Source of the DNA: Eledone cirrhosa
Taxonomy: Eukaryota
Direction: 5' to 3'
Assembly: GCA_964016885.1 (NCBI GenBank)
Contig: OZ024743.1
Location: 114,266,001-114,330,000, forward strand
Length of the DNA: 64,000 bases
Below are positions 21,111-35,000 of this stretch, piece after piece (positions within the stretch are counted from its first letter, which is position 1; each line of letters begins with the position of its first letter). The notes beneath the pieces were generated by a model. The model was not told the DNA's origin. It made no database searches and saw only the letters and a program-made list of their open reading frames with translations. Made by a program: the position numbers and the translations under genes.

Positions 21111-23363
21111 AAACCAATTTAAAAAAAATAACTTTTTGACATAAGATACTATCAAATGGAGATAGGGCTAGAGCAAAGTATGTGGATAAAGAAAAGTAGG
21201 ATCGAATCAAATGCTATTCAAAGAGAGAAAAAAAACCTCCTCTGGCATGCATATTTAATTTTAGACTTTAGACTATATTTTTGCATTGAGTTTTTGTTTA
21301 CTAGAACCAATTTTATTCCCTTTCCCTTTATAAATCTTTTATTCTTTTTTCAATCTATAAATCTTTCTCTCCCCCTTTTCTTTCCTCTCCTCCTATCCCT
21401 CTCTCTCATACTCATACTCTTTATCTAAATGTTCTATAATCAAAATATATAACGTAGTAATTCCCTAAAACGGTATTTATGTCTGTTTATAAAATGGCGA
21501 GTAAAATTTGAAAATTGAATTAGAAGGTTTCACTGTAACGTTTGATTAAATAAAATAGTCTAATAATAACGGTGGGTTTAATCCCACTGAACCGAAAAAG
21601 ATGGGCTCAGCGCACGTATGTGTATGTGTCTGTATATCTGACTGCAAGTACGTATGCAAGAATGTCTTTTGTCACAGTATTTTCATAGAAACAAACAAAA
21701 GAGACGACCTTTACTCTTAAAAAAAAAGCCCCAAAACAAATATACATCAACACAAACAACAACAGAATAAAATAAAATCGCAACAAAACAAATACAAATG
21801 AAAGAAATTTACTACTCTTTTCAATGAAAATTAAAGTAAAAAATCCTGAGATGTATTTTAACATATGTTGTGATGAATGGAGTCAATACAATACGAATAA
21901 ATTCAATTCAATTTATTATCATTTTATACAACCGAGAGAGCGAAAAGTAGAAGAATGAGAAATAATTTACAAGAATGACAAAAAAAAAAAAAAAAAAAAA
22001 AGGGAAAAGAAGAGAAAGAAATATAATATATAGTTAGGGGGAAATAAAACGCTATTTGCAATGGAAATTAATGTTGAAAAATATGGTGATGTCGTTCTAG
22101 GTACTGTATCACTGTATTCAATTTTCGATTCGTGTAAGTCCAATTCAATTCGATTCAATTTAATTTATTGCTATTGTTTACGATTACAAGATAGATAAAA
22201 ACTAAATCAACGTATATAAATATGGAGAGAGGAAATTAGTCGCCATTTACAATACATGTTAAAGACAGGAAAAACTTAAAATTCGGCTCGTTCGTTTGTC
22301 GAACTAAATTCGATTTGATTCAATTTAATGTCTTTTTATACAAAAATCGCAGCGAAAATTAGATTCGGGCAGGAGTTGAAAGAAATGACATCAGCAGTTA
22401 ATACATATAAAATGACAAAATAGCTAAGTACACCATTATACAAGAATATAATTTGTAGAAAAAATAAGTAACATCTATGCCTAAAAATGGTGTATAATCC
22501 TTCGAATCGACAACATTATATGACTGTTACCTATTCAAGCTAACTCTTGATCTAATAGAAATGACAACCAATACTCCCTCAAATTTCACCCTACCGTCAT
22601 CAAAAAGGAAGAGCATACTGGGCAACTTATTCCTAGATAAACACAAAGACATAATGATCGTAGCTGGAATGCCTCTTGTCATAGAGAAAGAATTACCCAG
22701 AGCTAAATAAGATTAACAACTGGGATATATCATACACCCTGTTCCCTATACTGACAAAGGCCAACAGAAAAGACAACCAATTCTCCCGCAAATTTACCCT
22801 TCCGCCTTCTCAAATAAAGGATATATAATATATAAACAAACAAAACAAAACAGGATGATCATAGCTGGGACGATTTTCTCATAGGGTTTTCTCAATCAAG
22901 AATCACCCAGAGCTCAACAAGAATAAAACCCTGGGCTTATTTTATAGATTTTATGAGATTTAATATGGCAATATAGAAGAAATACAAATTTATATGCTAT
23001 AATTCTTCAATCATTTTCAGTTATCAGCCTCTGCAGTAAGTACAGCGATAATTTTTTTACACTGATACAAGATTTCACCTCTAAAGAGGTTCGATAGAGT
23101 TGATTTAACCAACCCCAATACATGACCAATATTTATTTTTACGAGGAGGAAAACGTAAAATGAACTCTGGGTGGAATTTCATCATACAATGTAGAGAGAA
23201 AAATTCGTCCTCCACTTTAATAATCATATTTTGAAATATATAATAGAAATATTCCATAGGTTTGTAGAAAAAATAGTTTTCTCTCTCGCACCACGTATCT
23301 CTCAATCTCACTATGATTATTTCTACTTCTCGCACTCTCTCACCTTCTCTTTCTCTGTATCTC

Positions 23364-23496
<133 letters not shown>

Positions 23497-24608
23497 GTAG
23501 GAGGTGAGTTTTATTGTAGTACAATAAAGCAATTTAGATTCTATAATAAATAGACGCACTGACTTGTTTTCTATCTGCTTGCATAAATTCCATAAAACAT
23601 TTCACAAAGTATACAGCTAATATTCAATTCTTTATCAATTTAGAATCTTTTTCTCAAAGGCACATATATATATATACACTTCTTTTAAAAATATACCCAT
23701 CTTTCTACCTTATTTCAAAGGTTATTATACATTCTATAATACTTGTTACTCATTCTACATCGCTCCTATTTATCACTTCCCTTTCTTCTCTTCTTTTAAT
23801 GTCTAACTCCTAATCTGTACCTTTTCTCACTCTTGCCTAACATAGAATCAATTATTACATAATACAATACATTCTTACTCTATATCACCTTGTAAAAATC
23901 CTTCGTAAACATATACATTTTTTTGACGTTAGATTATTCATCCTCAATTCATTATTCTTTTCTCCCTTTCATCTAACTCATTCATGGTCATCTCACAATA
24001 TTTCCTTACTTAAATAACCTGTTGTTCCTTTTAATAATACATATCAACATTTTCTTAACATCGCACATATTATTAAACCCCTAAATATTATTCTCAATAC
24101 ATATTAACATTTTCTTTTTCATCGCACATATTATCAAACCCCTCAATATACAAACCTTAACTTTACATTATATTTTTTTCTCTTCGTTAATTTTCAAATT
24201 CTTTTAATTTATACATTATCTTCCAACGGTTTTCAACCTCTCTATGTAAAACAATATATCTTTCTCAGTTATAAAAGCTATCTCTCTCTCTCTATCACCC
24301 ATCTCTCCTCCTATCTCATCCGTCCTCATTATACTCCCCCCTCTCCACTTTTTACTCTCATCTCCTCCTCTTTTTCATCCTTTCCACCCCCCCCTCTAAA
24401 TAAAATATTTTCCCCAATATCACACATCAATCTAAAACTACTTCTCATATGTTGATTTAAAACTGAACTATCCACAAATGTTTTTTAACCTTCATATCAT
24501 GTCTTCCTATTTTATCTGATGAAAACACAAATATTATTGCATGATGATATTTGTTTTTGAAATGCGCATAATAAAATACATGGAACTCTTTTAACCATCT
24601 TTTGTTCT

Positions 24609-24612
<4 letters not shown>
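23497..24612 (+). mobile_element. PLE family B 3' fragment, second copy, inverted relative to 44045-45322
   Basis: Shares gtaggaggtgagttttattgtagtacaata...ataaatagacgcac and the terminal hammerhead region with the 44-45 kb copy. (TA)n flanks. Confidence 0.78.
24508..24578 (+). ncRNA. Type I hammerhead ribozyme at the 3' end of PLE family B
   Basis: TATTTTAT-CTGATGA-AAAC-ACAAATAT..ATATTTGT-TTTT-GAAA-TGCGCA-TA^-ATAAAATA: perfect 8-bp stem I, palindromic ATGCGCAT stem III. Confidence 0.82.
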
Positions 24613-24654
<42 letters not shown>

Positions 24655-25030
24655 CGTCCCTTCACGCACAAGGCGCCAAGGTACGCATGTATTGTCCAAC
24701 CAAGTGCCAATGTGGTTCAATGGCGGGTTAATAAATTAACGAGCCAGAACAAATATAAACAAGGTTTAGTAAATAATGAAAAAGTTTCAAAATAAATTTT
24801 AAAAAATTGACTTTTACTACTACCTCCACTAACGTTGAGAACAAACCGGGTCATTCCGACTGCTGCTGGCAACAGCGGTGGCTAGTTTGACCTACCTCCT
24901 TTTGCCTCTATCTTTGCTACGGCCCTTGATAAACCTGTTCTACATCATCCACTCTCATCCCAGGAACAGTTTTTGATAGCGCTAGTTTGTGATTTAAATT
25001 CAGGAATTTTATATTCTTTGAATGAAAAGA

Positions 25031-25114
25031 ACCTTCTGACGAGAATCTCTCTTTGCAACGAAGGCCGTATGGTCTCCGTTTTATTTTTGGGATTCGAAAC
25101 CGATCGGTAAAGGT
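25031..25114 (+). ncRNA. Type I hammerhead ribozyme
   Basis: ACCTT-CTGACGA-GAATCTC[loop]GGGATTC-GAAA-CCGATCGG-TA^-AAGGT: 5-bp stem I, 7-bp stem II with G10.1-C11.1, palindromic stem III, GUA cleavage triplet. Confidence 0.9.
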
Positions 25115-25513
25115 AACTATAGTAGGTAAAGTCAATTTTTTAAAATTTATTTTGAAACTTTTTCATTATTTACTAAACCTTGTTTATATTTGTTCTGGCT
25201 CGTTAATTTATTAACCCGCCATTGAACCACATTGGCACTTGGTTGGACAATACATGCGTACCTTGGCGCCTTGTGCGTGAAGGGACGTATTTCATATTAC
25301 TACTACCTCCACTAACGTTGAGAACAAACCGGGTCATTCCGACTGCTGCTGGCAACAGCGGTGGCTAGTTTGACCTACCTCCTTTTGCCTCTATCTTTGC
25401 TACGGCCCTTGATAAACCTGTTCTACATCATCCACTCTCATCCCAGGAACAGTTTTTGATAGCGCTAGTTTGTGATTTAAATTCAGGAATTTTATATTCT
25501 TTGAATGAAAAGA

Positions 25514-25597
25514 ACCTTCTGATGAGAATCTCTCTTTGCAACGAAGGCCGTATGGTCTCCATTTTATTTTTGGGATTCGAAACCGATCGGTAAAGGT
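25514..25597 (+). ncRNA. Type I hammerhead ribozyme (tandem copy)
   Basis: Same fold as 25031-25114 with a CTGATGA core, 483 nt downstream. Confidence 0.9.
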
Positions 25598-25664
25598 AAC
25601 TATAGTAGGTAAAGTCAATTTTTTAAAATTTATTTTTAAACTTTTTCATTATTTACTAAACCTT

Positions 25665-25754
<90 letters not shown>

Positions 25755-26019
25755 CGCTTTAACGGATGCATGATTTGTCATGCCAATGAATATGAATATC
25801 AGTTATGAGATTTCGGTATATTATTAATTTTAGATAAATATTTTCCTTATTATGTAGAGACGATCCCTTTGAAATCTGTTCCTCTCCGTTGAGGTTTCAT
25901 AGTCAAAGATTTGAATTTAATATATATATGTTTTTAAAAAACAAAAACAAAAACAAAAACAAAAACAAAAAAAACGAGATGCCCTACACGAGTGAAAGTA
26001 TAAGGAAAAGAAATTGAAA

Positions 26020-26064
<45 letters not shown>

Positions 26065-27396
26065 GGGGGGGGGATGGGGGTAGAGATACAGAGAAAGAGA
26101 GGGGGAGAGAGTGCGAGAAGTAGAAATGAGTGAGATTGAGAGATACGTGGTGAGTCTTTTAAGAATGAGATGGAGGGTTTGTCTCGCATCAGATGTGAGA
26201 CAAACCACAACAAAGCACAAACCCTCCAACTCAATTTTACTTTTGAAAATCATAAGAACTGTGAAACTGGTAATGTAAATAAATATTCTTTAAAGACTCC
26301 AGTTGCATTTTCAATTTCTTTTCCTTATACTTTCACCCGTGTAGGACATCTCATTATTTTTCTTTTGAAGACAAAAATCTTTTTGAAGACAAAAATCCAG
26401 AAAGGGCTCGATAAGGATAAATATATATCAAATATATAAGAACACTAGAGCATAAGACCGTTATTGCTCCAATTAGTCTACTCACCCTCAGCAAATAACC
26501 TAACCTGAACGCTAATCTGTACCCATGCCAACTGACAAACAAACCGGACTCCGCCTCCAAAATCGTCAAATCAAACGCAGACGACCCATTCTCCCAGACG
26601 CGGATTACACAACCAGACCTTAATAGCCACCCAATGGGGAAGACAGACGTTATCAAGCTGCAGCAGTCATATTGCGTAGTTTCTATATAATAAAGCGAAA
26701 GCTATTATTATATCTGAGGCGACTAAAACCCTATTACGTAACAGGCCATGCATCACCCCCTCCCGAATAGCCTTGACCGTAAACCCTCAAACTATCCACT
26801 ATATATATATATATTGGGTATGAATCGAAGTTGTAGCTGCCATATAGCAGGTATTAACCGAGTTGTTTGAAGCAATCACAAAGCACTTAATGGATCGAGA
26901 AGCTAAACATTGTCGTCCAGAGTAAAACATAACAGTTAAAAAGTGTGACAAAGAAAAACGACCGAATGCAGTGGCCATACGTATACCACAACAATGATAT
27001 TTACTTATTTATTTATTTATTTATTCAATTTAAATATCCATATAAAGCTAGTAAGCCATGACACACTAGCGAAAGTATCGAGTAGTCCTTACAGTTGGTA
27101 ATCAAAAAGAGCTAATGAGACAAGTAATAAAAAAGAAAAAAAGAAACAAAAGAAAAAAAAATGAAAAAGAAAATAAAAATAAAGAAGAGAAAAATGGAAA
27201 AAACCGAATAAATACAAGAAGGTTGAAGCCTTATCGGTACTGCAACTAAGACATGACATGGAGAAACGCAGGAACACGAATTTCGTTGGGCGAACTAAAC
27301 TTATTCAGCCTGCAGTGTTTCAGCAAAATAGAGAACTTCCGGCAGGAGAAAACTTAGGAGAGAGATCTGAGTGTTTATTAGAAGTAATTTACAGAG

Positions 27397-27437
<41 letters not shown>

Positions 27438-27753
27438 TGTATATATATAATATGTACATTCATGCATACACACACACAAGCACACATTATGTATATATAA
27501 ATTTATATAGATATACATATCTCTGTCAATATATAAGTATACATATATACATATAATTGTTTATATCCAAAAACAGAAACACAGAAATAATGTTAATAGA
27601 CATAGAATATTGGGTAAAATACCTTTAAGCCACTTGTTTCTGTCAGTAAGGGTATATTAACCGATTTCCTAAAGATATTGTCAATATAGCGATACTGTAT
27701 TTGGATATCAGCATTTCAAATTGCAAATCATTCAAACGCCTCGATAAATCGTA

Positions 27754-27818
<65 letters not shown>

Positions 27819-28157
27819 AACCACGAAAACACGAATAAGTATTTTTCAATTATCTTTTTTTATCATTTTAGAGTGATTAGATTCGTGAATGACTGCAAGA
27901 AAGAAAACGTTATGTAACGAGTTGAGGAACGATTAAGCAGTTTCGATTACATCAGCATGCAAGATCTTTATATATATATATATAATAACTAGAATTTGAT
28001 TAACATATATATAAACATGAATAATCACAGGAGATCATTTTTACAAGTGTGTAACCACACATAGCTAGGTATGTAACTAAATAAAGTTGACTGGAACTTT
28101 AAAAATAGATACCTTATAATATGATTATATATATATATATATATATATACATATATA

Positions 28158-29024
28158 CGAGGTGTGTCAGAAAAGTTCCAGGACTGATGTCACAAAAGAT
28201 ATATTTCAAACCCAAACTTCACACTAAGAGTTTTCTCCTTCAAAGTAATCCCGCTGGAGTCTAATGCACTTTTCCATCCTTTTCTGCCACGCTTGCATGC
28301 CCCCTTGGAAGTATTCTTCCGGGATCCTTCGCAGTTCCGTCGTCACGGCCTTTTTGATGTCGTCCATGTCTTCAAAACTGGTCCCCTCCGGGTCGTACTC
28401 GAAGATCCATGACTCATCACCGGTGATGACTGTCCCTAGCAAGTCTGGTTCGGTTTCAAGACGCTCGAGGATGTCCTGGCACACTTGCATGCGTCGACCT
28501 TTCTGGTCACCGTTCAGCAATTTTGGCACCATCTTCGGGCAGACTTTCCGCATGTCCAAATCTTCAGTGAGAATCTTCCAGATGCTGTCCCGATTCATGC
28601 CCAGCTCATTTGCCATCAGTCGAAGAGTCAGCCGACGATCGCATCGCACCATCTGCCTGACGCGCTCAACGTTGACCTCAGTCCTGGTTGTTGAGGGCCT
28701 TCCACTCCTGGGGTCATCTTGCACCACTCAAAAACACGTGAGCTTAACATCGTCTCATCTCCATACACTTGCTGCAGCAATCCCAGTGCTTCTGACGGAG
28801 TTTTCCCCAACCGTACCAGAAACTTCAAGTTTGTTCGTTGCTCTGTGCTCAATGCTTGACGACATGAAACAGAGAACATGTATATAAAATTATGAAGAAA
28901 CAAGTTTGATTACAATTACATACTCCAGAGGGATTACTTTGAAGGAGAAAACTCTTAGTGTGAAGTTTGGGTTTGAAATAAATCTTTTGTGACATCAGTC
29001 CTGGAACTTTTCTGACACACCTGG
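28158..29024 (-). mobile_element. Internally deleted mariner transposon with about 105-bp inverted ends and TA TSD
   Basis: TA|CGAGGTGTGTCAGAAAAGTTCC...GGAACTTTTCTGACACACCTGG|TA. Transposase remnants EQRTNLKFLVRLGKT, DDPRSGRP, KMVPKLL, ITGDESWIFEYDPE fused directly to GTSFEDMDDIK...DYFEG. One frameshift; catalytic core deleted. Confidence 0.93.
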
Positions 29025-29060
29025 TATATATATGTTCATATACACATTCGTACACGCACG

Positions 29061-29244
<184 letters not shown>

Positions 29245-29369
29245 CATGCATACACACACGCGCACATATGAATACGTATGTATATATCTATAGATATTTA
29301 TATATATTTATGTATATAAGTGTATTTAGCTTAATTGCTATAAATTAATGTTTTGTCTCTAGTCTCTTA

Positions 29370-31250
29370 CCCCACTGACAGCGTTTAGTTTATGTCAGAC
29401 GCTGTGACGCTGGGAGAATCAGTAGTACCATTGGTAGGGGTCGGAACAGCCAAAGTCCCTCCCTTAAAACATTGCTTTTCATTTAGTTCGTTGACTTGTT
29501 CCTTCTTTGTTAATTTTCTTAAGTTTGGCATCCTCACTGCCTTTGTCGTTGCTAGAATTCTGGTTGCCAATACCGCTGGTGTTGTTTGCTGCCATACGTG
29601 AGGTGACCGTCATTGCCTCGATGTCAGAAAAATGAAAACAGAGAACTAGTCCGGATCAGGGATGGAGCACCTCATGTAAATTGACAAACAATCCATAGAC
29701 TCCATCACCGAGGTGATTGGTTTCCCTGACCATACAAATCTGACATTATTTGTTGAAGGCTTCCATCCTTACGGGGTCGATAAAATAAAGTACCAGTAAT
29801 ACACTGGGATAATTGCTGGCCTTGTGCCAAAAGTAGAAACAATTATTTGTTGAAGGAAGGAGACGACGGTGTCACCAATGTGGTGAAATTCCCCGCTAAC
29901 CCCGCTAACCCCCCACCCCAAAACATCCACTTCTTCGAACCCCTCACATATGGCAGCAAACCAAACCAGCGGTATTGGCAATGAGGATGCCAAGACCTTC
30001 CACGCCAAAAGTAATGGCGAATATGTTCGCATAAATTCAAACCATGAAAGGGGAAACCAATAGCTGCAGGATCGCCATCCACAATCGCAATTATCAGTGA
30101 CAACAGAACCAACAGAAACAACACCAACGCGCGTAAAAGACATGCCCGTACCCGAGGTCACACAATTGGATATCAATTGTGGCAAAGGTAGGGAATGTTA
30201 AAATAAAAATAGAAAAAAACTCTCTGGTTTCGCTCTAAAAAAAGAAAGGGAAAATAAGCTAACTAAAGCCAACATCTACAACTTCACATCATCATCATCA
30301 TCCTCACTAACATCAACACCATCAACGCAACCACTATCACGATCAATACCCCAAACACTAACAACATCTCAAACACAACTAAACCCACATCTGCAAAAAA
30401 TAAACACAAAATAAACAAAACGCATAAACTAAACGGATATAAACACAAACAACAAGAAACTAATGTACAAGAACGCATTTCAGAAAACGACTACATCAAA
30501 TCCAGAAAATCACGCTATCCACATATATACAGATATTACAATTGGCGCAACAAACAATAAAATAAATCACAAGTGCAACTGGGAATTTCCGAACGTCAAT
30601 TTCCAATGGGATTTACTGTAAACTTCTTGCGGATGAGCCAACAACCAGCTGGAAGAATGGATCCACCATTCGTTCATCACCTGAATAGGGTAATTGATCC
30701 TCCCCACCCCACCGCCTTTTCTTCACGCATATCCTCACTTACGACAGTTAGTATACATGTTCGTGGTCTAGGGTTGTCTTGGAAGCAAGGTCACATGCTC
30801 AACGATCCCAGGTCACTAAACATATATGTGATGGCCATCTGTGAAAGCAGAATTTCCGAGGCCCGAGCCTTCGCACCCATTTTCGGCGGCTACGAAATGT
30901 ACGCATTTCCAAACCTTCCAGGATCTGGGGGTGGAGTCGCTGTGTTGTTTGCGAATATCTACACCATGTCTGTTATCTACTACCGACTGTACAGCATGCC
31001 TTGTCCTAGTTTACGTTTGACCGAACAGGAGCGTTTGTTCTTTCGCTTTTTGTGGAAGGGACGCGTACCAATGTTCAGGTAGTCTATTTGCTACCAATAC
31101 CCGTTGCATAGAAGACTGAGCATGCATGGATGATGATTCGGAAACGTGCACTGAAGATACGTTATCTCCAGCGTTGCCTCGATGAACATGTGTGGTCGCC
31201 ATTTGCCAAGTACGCTTTTCCATGGCCTTTTGTGAACTTTCTCCATGAGT
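29370..31250 (+). mobile_element. Older rearranged fragments of the same Tx1/L1 family
   Basis: APE N-terminus (SIHVRGL...YVMAICESR...GGGVAVLF) joined to ANIY..VIYYRL..PCP..ERLFFRFLWKGRVPM, homologous to 35810-35930. ORF1-like remnants lie upstream. Confidence 0.7.
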
Positions 31251-31429
31251 AAATCTCGGAGTCTTCCGACTTCCCCTCTCCCAAAAGTGTTGGCCTTGTG
31301 CTTAAATCAGAAACCACGATCACCACCACCACCATCATTTTTGTTGTTGTATTATTCTGTTTAGATCAGTTCTGTTTCTCTCTTGCCGGGTTCAGGCATT
31401 GAACCTAGGATTAGATGTTTTCATTGCAG

Positions 31430-31735
31430 AGAGAGACCTCGTCTGAGAATGTGTGCTGTTTCTAGTAGCTCGATCTTCTGTACATCATATTTTGCTGAAC
31501 TTGCCGGGAAGGACGCTAAGATGCAGTTCCGATGATTTGGGTATTAATCCTAATGCTCCTATTACCACAAGGATAGTGTTTGTGTTATCCTCTATATTAA
31601 TTCCAGCTCTTTGTATTTGATAGTTTTTCCATTGTTTTTACCGATGTAAAATATCTATAAGGCTACAAGTCCGATCTGTTTTTTTTTATGATGATATCTG
31701 GTCTGTTGGCAGTGATTTCTCAATCAGCTATCACA
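31430..31735 (-). mobile_element. R4/Dong-like non-LTR retrotransposon 3' fragment (restriction-like endonuclease)
   Basis: Across frameshifts the minus strand reads ITANRPDIII...CSLIDI...KYKELE...ILVVIGALGLIPK...LPG...VQKIELLETAHILRRGLS, typical of the PD-(D/E)xK REL domain of R4/Dong elements. Confidence 0.75.
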
Positions 31736-31765
31736 TGCATATTATTATTATTATTATTATTATTA

Positions 31766-32037
31766 AGGGCGGTGGCTTGGGAGGGGGGGGGGGGCAGTAT
31801 CGATAGAGTTACGGACCTTGCCATTCTGAGTTCAAATCTCGCCGAGGTTAACTTTACCTTTCATCCTTACGGGGTCGATAAAATAAAGTACTAGTAATGT
31901 ACTGGGATAACTGCTGGCCTTGTGACAAAAGTAGAAACAATTATTATTATTATTATTATTATTACGTTAGGCACAAGGCCAGCAATTACCCAGTAATGCA
32001 CTGGGTAATTGCTGGCCTTGTGCCTAACGTAGAAACA

Positions 32038-32040
<3 letters not shown>
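31766..32040 (+). mobile_element. SINE copy followed by a perfect hairpin made from the SINE tail
   Basis: acgttaggcacaaggccagcaattacccagt-aatgc-actgggtaattgctggccttgtgcctaacgt at about 31964-32030. Confidence 0.8.
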
Positions 32041-32078
<38 letters not shown>

Positions 32079-32079
<1 letters not shown>

Positions 32080-35000
32080 GGTGACCTACGTAGGAAATCG
32101 TATTATTATGAGCTCCGCAAAGGTTTGTTGTTTTCAGTTGTTTAAAATTGCCATTTATGGAAATTTTTTTATTGTTAACTGTATATAAGGGCACATACAT
32201 TGTTTTCTGAAAAGGACACTCAAAAAGATTGGGGCCTTGAGCCCAAAATTTAAACTTTTATAATTATCAAACAAAAATTTCTTTGAAAAATCATGGACGA
32301 CTCACAGTCACACCTTCCTCACAAACTAACACCTCACACCGACACCACCATTGTAAATATTACTACGTTTGCCAACACTAAAAATATAAGCAGTAGCAAT
32401 ATTTTAAATTTGTCTCATGCAGACATTCATTTCCGCCATTACCAATGACTGCAGGCGTTGAAGCCGCCACCCCCACCACCACCACAGCGACAACAGAAAC
32501 AAAAGAAAAAAATAAATTATCTCGTGACATCGAAATGGATTCACCCAGAACGGACTCTTCCACACCGAACACCACTGACGCCACCACCACTACAACTGAA
32601 ACTAAAAATAACAATAACAAAAATAACAATAACAACAACAGCAACAACAACAATGAGAATAACATCCTGTCATTTGCGAAGGCAGCCAAGAAATGCGAAA
32701 CAATCCAGCTAACTCAGGAGGAATTAGATGAAGCCAAGAGAATGGTAAAGAAAGATGGGTAAGGGTCAGCCTCACCCCATCAAATAAAATGGAGCATCGG
32801 CGCCTATGTACTGTGTCTTATCGGACGATTAACATAAAATCGCGCCGAGTGGAACGGGCATCCGAGTCCCAAATCCAAAAAGCTTTCGGACATGCGTGGG
32901 CAAAAAAACCCCACATCAGACGTGGGCAAAAATATGGAACCGTGGAGTGTTCTTTGGAACACCACAGGAGGCCAGAGAACACTCCATGGCCCCATTAAGA
33001 AGTGACGACTTCACACTCGTCCTAAGTTATTGTGGCCAGAGACTCGTGAAGATAAAGGTGACCCACGTTCCACCAGAAATCGAAATTCCTCGTTTGTGGT
33101 GAAGGAACCCACCTAAGGGCTTTCTGCCTTCAGGCTAAAATGTTGAGACCACCTCTCTTACCCACCCCAGTGACTCAACCATCAACACCACCAGCAGCAG
33201 AAATGGCAGCAACAATTGTAGCAGCAACAACAGAAGCAACTGTAACAGCAACAACCCCAGCAACAGTAGCAAAACCAACACCACCACCACAGAACGCGCC
33301 AGAACTAGCACCAGCGCCTACACCATCCACTACGCTACAACCAAAATCAACGCCTGTGGAGGATTTTCCACTCCCCGACCTATCGCAACTGGAGCCAGAT
33401 TGTGACGACGAGGATTGGGAAACTGCATCAGGAAAAAAGAAAAAAGAAAAGGAAGCAAAAAAAGAAAATATCCTTTTCCTTCCCCCTCCAAAAACAAAAT
33501 ACAAAGGGAAACAAATAAACTATCAAAAAAAGTTAGGACAGCTATGCCACCATCCACACCAGCATCACCAACCCCATCACCACAAACACCAACACCATCA
33601 CCATCATTAACCCCAACACCACAATCACCAACACCACAAAAGTCACCAAAAAGCGAAACAGAAACAAACCCACAACAAACGCAAACAAAACAAAACAACC
33701 AAAAGAATACACACTACACAGCATTAAATTTGAACAACAACCAATTATTACACTACATCCAACACGACACCACCATCACAGAAAAATACTACACAACACC
33801 CTAAAAGTTCACACCATCTCCACACATACAAATCACTCGCATCACACAGAAAACGTACACGACACTAAAACAAAAAATTATTGGAACGTCCCGCTCTTTA
33901 GTGTTAGTGGGCGACTGGAACGGGATCTTAGATGCACGCTGGGACTGTGTGGGATTATCGGATAGGGGAGGAGGGTGCAAGAGCCTCACCAACCTGCTCA
34001 GGCGTTTTGAACTGTCTGACAGGTACCGATTGGATTTCCCGAATGTGCCAATGTGGACTTGGGCAAATCGCATAGGGTCATCCAGATCATATCTAGATAG
34101 AGGATTTTGTAGGGAAATAGATCGGTCTAGCATAGGCTGTCCACAATTCAAGATAGTCAGCTACACGGACCATAAATTCGTGATCTGTGTGCTTGACTTA
34201 GATAGGCTTCATAGACGAGGACCCGGCTACTGGAAGCTAAACGCGTCCTTACCAGCGCGCAAGGCCTACAGAGACCGGATTAGCGAACTAGTTAAGCGGG
34301 CGTTGACGGGAGCTATCGTCAACAACAAGTGGTGGTTTGCTCTGAAAAGAGCGATTAGAATAGAGTCCATTTGGTTTAGTAGAGAAAAATAGAGCAGAGG
34401 GAGAATTAGTTAGAAAATTAGACGAGGCGCTTAGCAAAGGCATCGCGACCGACGTGCTCGCGCTGAAATTGGCCCTTGACCAATTCTTCAATGCAAAGCA
34501 CGAAGTCTGCGTTGTCAGAGCGAGGGTGCGTGCTCTCAGACACGAGGGGACGAAAGCCGTTCAATGGGCCCGAGTGGCGGAGGCGCGTCGTGGCAACAAA
34601 GCCACGATCCGGTCTTTGGTGGACCACGACGGGCGTATGCTACTCGATCCCGGGCAAATGTGTGAAGCTTTTCAGCGACACTTCGCGCAGCTGTTCGGGG
34701 GCAACGGTGGGCCGGGTCGAGGGATGGACTTTAGTGTCTACCTCGACGGACTGTCGCGGCTCTCGGCCACTGAGGCGGAGTGTTGCGATGCGCCGATAAC
34801 AGCCGCTGAAGTACGGGAGGCAATGACTGGCTGCACAAGGGGTAAATCGCCTGGTTTGGATGGTCTGCCCTATGAACTTTACGTACAGATGCCAGACTTG
34901 CTCGGAGGCCTCTTGGCGGACGTCTACTGCAACTGGCAACAGAACGGTAGAATTCCCAGCTCTGTGAGCCGAGGAGCGGTGGTACTGCTGAGAAAGGATC

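Larger units (their letters stand above)
24646..25670 (+). mobile_element. Non-coding retrozyme/pLTR-like element: 483-bp tandem unit (about 1.8 copies), each with a hammerhead, preceded by a 175-bp inverted copy
   Basis: Unit starts at 24814 and 25297 (ttactactacctccactaacg). 24646-24820 is the reverse complement of about 25122-25297. (TA)n on both flanks. Confidence 0.85.
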
